64,000 bases of DNA from Candidatus Latescibacterota bacterium (GTDB lineage Bacteria > Latescibacterota > UBA2968 > GCA-2709665), in the NCBI GenBank assembly GCA_965116875.1, contig OZ220733.1:2272001-2336000 (forward strand), in the 5' to 3' direction. Every line of letters begins with the position of its first letter. Positions within the stretch are counted from its first letter, which is position 1. Under the pieces are notes generated by a model. The model saw only the letters and a program-made list of their open reading frames with translations, ran no database searches and was not told where the DNA came from. The position numbers were made by a program, and so were the translations under genes. Shown here one piece after another: positions 60,101 to 64,000 of this stretch.

Positions 60101-63100
60101 CTCAGCCAGACCATCACGGTAGCGATCGCAGACGACGACGTGGACGAGGCCGACGAGACGTTTACCGTCACCCTGAGCGAGCCGGCCAACGCGACGCTGG
60201 CTGCCGCTACGGCCACGGGCACGATCACCGACGACGACGTCCGCGGCGTGACGGTCTCTCCGACGGCGCTGACGGTGGATGAGGGCGGCGACGATTCCTA
60301 CGAGATCGCACTGACCTCGCAGCCGACCGCCGACGTGACGGTGAGCGTGGGTGCGCCCTCCGGCACGGACGTGTCGGCCGATCCTACGACCCTGTCGTTC
60401 ACCGCCGGCGACTGGAACACCCCTCAAACGGTAACCGTATCTGCGGCGGCCGACGACGACGCGACAGCCGACGAGGCCGTGACGCTGACGCACGCGGTCA
60501 GCGGCGGCGACTACGACGGCGAAAGCGCGGCCGATGTAACGGTCACGATCACCGAGACCGATACGCCGGCGCTGTCCATCTCGGACGCGACGGCCGCCGA
60601 GGGCGACGGGAGCGTGTCGTTCACGGTGAGCCTGAGCAAGGCCGGCAGCGAGGCCGTCACCGTGGCCTGGACCACCTCCGACGGCACCGCCAGCGCCGGC
60701 GAGGACTACACCGCCGCCAGTGGCACCCTGACGTTCAGCCCGGGCGAGGCGCTGATCCAGACGATCTCCGTGGCGCTCGCCGACGACGCCGTGGACGAGG
60801 CCGACGAGACGTTCACCGTCACGCTGGGCGAGCCGTCGAACGCGACCCTGGCGGCCTCCACGGCCACCGGTACCATTATAGATGACGACACCCGCGGGGT
60901 GACCGTCAGTCCGACGGCCCTGACCGTGGAGGAGGGCGGCAGCCAGACCTACACGGTGGCGCTGACCTCCCAGCCGACGGGGGACTTGACGGTGACGGTG
61001 GGCGGCGCCTCCGGGGACGTGACCGCGGACACGGATTCGGAGACGGCCGGCGACCAGGCCACGCTGACGTTCCCGGCCGGCGACTGGAACACCCCCCGGA
61101 CAGTCACCGTCAGCGCGGCCGAAGACGACGACCTGGCGGCCGACGATGCGGTGACGCTGACGCACGCGGTCAGCGGCGGCGACTACGACGGCGAGACCGC
61201 CGCCGATGTAACGGTCACGATCACCGAGACCGATACGCCGGCGCTGTCCATCTCGGACGCGACGGCCGCCGAGGGCGACGGGAGCGTGTCGTTCACGGTG
61301 AGCCTGAGCCAGGCCGGCGGCGACGCCGTGGCCGTGGCGTGGACCACCGGCGACGGGACGGCAGAGGCCGGTTCGGATTACACGGCCGCCAGTGGCACGC
61401 TGACGTTCCCCGCCGACGGTGAGACGCTGAGCCGGACGATCACGGTAGCGATCACCGACGACGACGTGGACGAAGCCGACGAGACGTTCACCGTCACGCT
61501 GAGCGAGCCCTCGAACGCGACCCTGGCGACCGCCGCGGCCACCGCCACGATCACCGACGACGACGACCGCGGCGTGACGGTCTCTCCGACGGCGCTGACG
61601 GTGGACGAGGGCGGCGACAGCTTTTACTCGGTTGTGCTGGCATCGCGGCCGACCGCCGACGTGACGGTGAGCGTGAGTGCGCCCTCCGGCACGGACGTGT
61701 CGGCCGATCCCACGACCCTGTCGTTCTCCGCCAGCACCTGGAACACCCCTCAAACGGTAACCGTATCTGCGGCGGCCGACGACGACGCGACAGCCGACGA
61801 GGCCGTGACGCTGACGCACGCGGTCAGCGGCGGCGACTACGACGGCGAGACCGCCGCCGATGTAACGGTCACGATCACCGAGACCGATACGCCGGCGCTG
61901 TCCATCTCGGACGCGACGGCCGCCGAGGGCGACGGGAGCGTGTCGTTCACGGTGAGCCTGAGCCAGGCCGGCAGCGAGGCCGTGACCGTGGCGTGGACCA
62001 CCGGCGACGGTACGGCCGACGGCGACGACTACACGGCCGCCAATGGCACGCTGACGTTCGCCGCCAACAGCGAGGCGCTGACCCAGACGATCGCGGTGGC
62101 GCTCGCCGACGACGACGTGGACGAGGCCGACGAGACGTTTACCGTCACCCTGAGCGAGCCGGCCAACGCGACGCTGGCTGCCGCTACGGCCACGGGCACG
62201 ATCACCGACGACGACGTCCGCGGCGTGACGGTCTCTCCGACGGCGCTGACGGTGGATGAGGGCGGCGACGATTCCTACGAGATCGCACTGACCTCGCAGC
62301 CGACCGCCGACGTGACGGTGAGCGTGGGTGCGCCCTCCGGCACGGACGTGTCGGCCGATCCCACGACCCTGTCGTTCACCGCCGGCGACTGGAACACCCC
62401 TCAAACGGTAACCGTATCTGCGGCGGCCGACGACGACGCGACAGCCGACGAGGCCGTGACGCTGACGCACGCGGTCAGCGGCGGCGACTACGACGGCGAA
62501 AGCGCGGCCGATGTAACGGTCACGATCACCGAGACCGATACGCCGGCGCTGTCCATCTCGGACGCGACGGCCGCCGAGGGCGACGGGAGCGTGTCGTTCA
62601 CGGTGAGCCTGAGCAAGGCCGGCAGCGAGGCCGTCACCGTGGCCTGGACCACCTCCGACGGCACCGCCAGCGCCGGGTCGGACTACACGGCCGCCAGTGG
62701 CGCCCTGACGTTTCCCGTCGACAGCGAGACGCTGAGCCGGACGATCACCGTGGCGCTCGCCGACGACGCCGTGGACGAGTCCGACGAGACGTTCACCGTC
62801 ACGCTGAGCGACCCGTCGAACGCGACCTTGGCGATCGCCACGGCCACCGCCACGATAACCGACGACGACGACCCGCCCGCGGTGAGCGTGGCCGACTCCA
62901 GCGCCGCGGAAGACGACGGCTTCATTGAGTTTGCCGTGAGCCTGAGCCAGGCCAGCGGCCGTTTTGTGACGGTGGAATGGACGACGGCAGCGGACGACGA
63001 AGGGGTCAGCCCGGCGACGGCGGGCGAGGATTACTTTGAGTCACTCGGTATGCTGCTATTCGAGCCGGGAAGCACGGAACAGACGATCCGCGTTCAGTTG

Positions 63101-64000
63101 CTGAACGACGAGGAGGCGGAAGAGACCGAGACCTTCCGGGTGGCGTTGAGCAACGCGGAGCACGCCACGCTGGAGGAAGCGGGCGCCGCGGCGGTGGGGA
63201 CGATTACCGACGCGGACGATCCCCTGGTGGTGCAAGGGCAGACCGCGGGGGTGTGCGGCCGCACCGATAAGGTGCGCGTCGCGATATTGGCAGCGGCGCC
63301 GGTGAGCGCCTGTGGTGACGTCACCTCAGACCATCTATCGGCAATCACCAGCCTGGACCTCACCAGTAATCAGATCTCGTCGCTGCAGGACGGCGACTTT
63401 GCCGGGCTGACCGGCCTGACGAGGCTTGAGCTGAACAACAACTCGCTGACCAGCCTGCCGGCTGGCATCTTCTCCGGGCTGACCAGCCTGACGTATCTCA
63501 GTCTGAACCACAATTCACTGTCCAGCCTGCCGGCCACTCTCTTTTCCGATCTGACCAACCTGACCACGCTGGTTTTCCCCAGCAACGACCTGCCTGAACG
63601 ACTGCCTGCCGGCATCTTCTCCGGGCTGACCAGCCTGCAAAACCTTCACCTGGACAACAATCAGCTACCCGTCTCTCTCAAACGGGTCGGCGAAGGTCAG
63701 TTCAAGGCCACAGTCGAAACCGGCGCGCCTTTTGCCATGACCATGACACTCACCGTCACCAACGGCACGCTCCCGACGGGCACGACCAGCATCTCGATTC
63801 CCCAGGGCAGTACGGAAAGCTCCACAACTCTCACGGTCACGCGCACGGACGGCGCCACCGGCGCCGTGACCGTGGATATCGACGTACTCCCGACGCCGGT
63901 CGGGGACACGGATACCGGTGCGGGCCACCATAACTACACGTTCGTCAAGTCCGCCGACCTGCCCATCGTGGTTCTGGACGAGCTCGGCGTGTGCGACCGC
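57182..64000 (+). CDS. Giant Calx-beta repeat / LRR surface protein, 3'-truncated by window edge (>=2273 aa)
   Basis: Start and end of the window read in the same frame, and the ORF track shows no terminated ORF in it; signal-like MKTQIFTRL...FIASLVFLASAVA (alternative ATG 57086); Calx-beta motifs GTA.AG.DY.A.SGTLTF, DD.VDE.DETFTVTLS; LRR module after 63240. Confidence 0.9.
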   Translation, partial: MKTQIFTRLSPSSPLVRFIASLVFLASAVAVDSPAVTAAETVSASLNVTGATAAEGDGSLSFTVSLSQAAGDAVTVAWTTSDGTAEAGSDYTAASGTLTFPADGETLSRTITVAVTDDAVDEADETFTVTLSEPSNATLATAAATATITDDDDRGVTVSPTALTVDEGGDSFYSVVLASRPTADVTVSVSAPSGTDVSADPTTLSFSASTWNTPQTVTVSAAADDDATADEAVTLTHAVSGGDYDGETAADVTVTITETDTPALSISDATAAEGDGSVSFTVSLSQIGSDDVTVGWATTDGTATGDDYTAVSGTLTFSPGETLSQTITVAIADDQIDEDDETFTVTLSDPANATLATATATGTITDDDTRGVAVSPQTLTMDEGSDDTYEVVLASQPTADVTVSVSVPSDTDVSVDQTTLTFTASDWNTAQTVTVSAAADDDVIADDDVTLTHSVSGGDYDSASADDVVVTITETDTVELSIAGGSAAEDAGSISFTVSLSQIGSDDVTVGWATANGTATAGDDYTAADGTLTFSPGETLSQTITVAIADDQIDEDDETFTVTLSDPANATLATATATGTITDDDTRGVTVSPQTLTMDEGSDDTYEVVLASQPTAEVTVSVSVPSDTDVSVDQTSLTFTADTWNTAQTVTVSAVDDDDVIADDDVTLTHSVSGGDYDGASADDVVVTIVETDTAELSVEGESAAEDAGSISFTVSLNTESSDAVTVAWTTDDGTATAGDDYTAADGTLTFSPGETLSQTITVTIADDQIDEADETFTVTLSDPANATLAAASATATITDDDVRGVTVRPTALTVDEGGDDSYEIALTSQPTADVTVSVSAPSGTDVSAAPTTLTFTAGDWNTPQTVTVSAADDDDAIADDQVTLTHTVSGGDYDGETAADVTVTITETTLPELNIADTTAVEGDGSLVFRVSLSQAGGEAVTVAWTSVDGTAEAGSDYTAANGTLTFSPDDGLSQTITVAIADDDVDEADETFTVTLSEPANATLAAATATGTITDDDVRGVTVSPTALTVDEGGDDSYEIALTSQPTADVTVSVGAPSGTDVSADPTTLSFTAGDWNTPQTVTVSAAADDDATADEAVTLTHAVSGGDYDGESAADVTVTITETDTPALSISDATAAEGDGSVSFTVSLSKAGSEAVTVAWTTSDGTASAGEDYTAASGTLTFSPGEALIQTISVALADDAVDEADETFTVTLGEPSNATLAASTATGTIIDDDTRGVTVSPTALTVEEGGSQTYTVALTSQPTGDLTVTVGGASGDVTADTDSETAGDQATLTFPAGDWNTPRTVTVSAAEDDDLAADDAVTLTHAVSGGDYDGETAADVTVTITETDTPALSISDATAAEGDGSVSFTVSLSQAGGDAVAVAWTTGDGTAEAGSDYTAASGTLTFPADGETLSRTITVAITDDDVDEADETFTVTLSEPSNATLATAAATATITDDDDRGVTVSPTALTVDEGGDSFYSVVLASRPTADVTVSVSAPSGTDVSADPTTLSFSASTWNTPQTVTVSAAADDDATADEAVTLTHAVSGGDYDGETAADVTVTITETDTPALSISDATAAEGDGSVSFTVSLSQAGSEAVTVAWTTGDGTADGDDYTAANGTLTFAANSEALTQTIAVALADDDVDEADETFTVTLSEPANATLAAATATGTITDDDVRGVTVSPTALTVDEGGDDSYEIALTSQPTADVTVSVGAPSGTDVSADPTTLSFTAGDWNTPQTVTVSAAADDDATADEAVTLTHAVSGGDYDGESAADVTVTITETDTPALSISDATAAEGDGSVSFTVSLSKAGSEAVTVAWTTSDGTASAGSDYTAASGALTFPVDSETLSRTITVALADDAVDESDETFTVTLSDPSNATLAIATATATITDDDDPPAVSVADSSAAEDDGFIEFAVSLSQASGRFVTVEWTTAADDEGVSPATAGEDYFESLGMLLFEPGSTEQTIRVQLLNDEEAEETETFRVALSNAEHATLEEAGAAAVGTITDADDPLVVQGQTAGVCGRTDKVRVAILAAAPVSACGDVTSDHLSAITSLDLTSNQISSLQDGDFAGLTGLTRLELNNNSLTSLPAGIFSGLTSLTYLSLNHNSLSSLPATLFSDLTNLTTLVFPSNDLPERLPAGIFSGLTSLQNLHLDNNQLPVSLKRVGEGQFKATVETGAPFAMTMTLTVTNGTLPTGTTSISIPQGSTESSTTLTVTRTDGATGAVTVDIDVLPTPVGDTDTGAGHHNYTFVKSADLPIVVLDELGVCDR
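57310..62870 (+). repeat. Coding tandem repeat: eight ~650-bp units (Calx-beta + second beta-sandwich) followed by another Calx-beta
   Basis: Marker GTCAGCGGCGGCGACTACGAC at 57896, 58544, 59195, 59846, 60497, 61169, 61823, 62474 (periods 648-672 bp). Confidence 0.9.

Noticed and set aside
57359-62470. Long minus-strand ORFs (610 aa and 1092 aa)
   Set aside because: Arg/Gly/His-rich antisense shadows of the repetitive Calx-beta gene on the + strand.
57310-62870. Periodic repeats as a possible CRISPR array
   Set aside because: Period is ~650 bp, in frame and protein-coding; there are no unique spacers and no cas genes.

Overview
Bacterial, GC-rich genomic window with no rRNA, tRNA, CRISPR array or transposase that I could recognise. 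Bases 1-27 kb are mostly housekeeping: ABC transporter, rsmD, fused glyQS, aldose-1-epimerase-like gene, MurC/Mpl-ldcA-M48, aroA, dnaE, SPOR-MltD-like-mreD-mrdA-rodA and a lactonase. They are interrupted at 3.8-5.3 kb by a small minus-strand cluster. Its first gene (5280-4999) has an in-frame UGA followed by a SECIS-like hairpin, making it a candidate unannotated selenoprotein that the ORF track splits. From 27.5 kb the window is accessory: a deletion-scarred ABC-2 operon; a two-component system upstream of a sigma54 promoter driving two lipid-modification genes; a 13-kb array of two paralogous exported-protein families with segmental duplications and a HigBA module; a PorV/PorQ-like barrel; and an internalin-type LRR lipoprotein. 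It ends with a sigma54 regulatory cascade (hybrid kinase plus two enhancer-binding proteins, one broken by a 4-bp duplication). Three promoters there share a TGCA-N3-TGCA enhancer motif, and the last precedes a giant (>=2273 aa, runs off the end, absent from the ORF track) Calx-beta/LRR surface protein. The repertoire suggests an FCB-group (Gemmatimonadota/Latescibacterota-like) host-associated, possibly sponge-symbiotic, bacterium; this is inference only. Family names are from motif recognition, not database searches.
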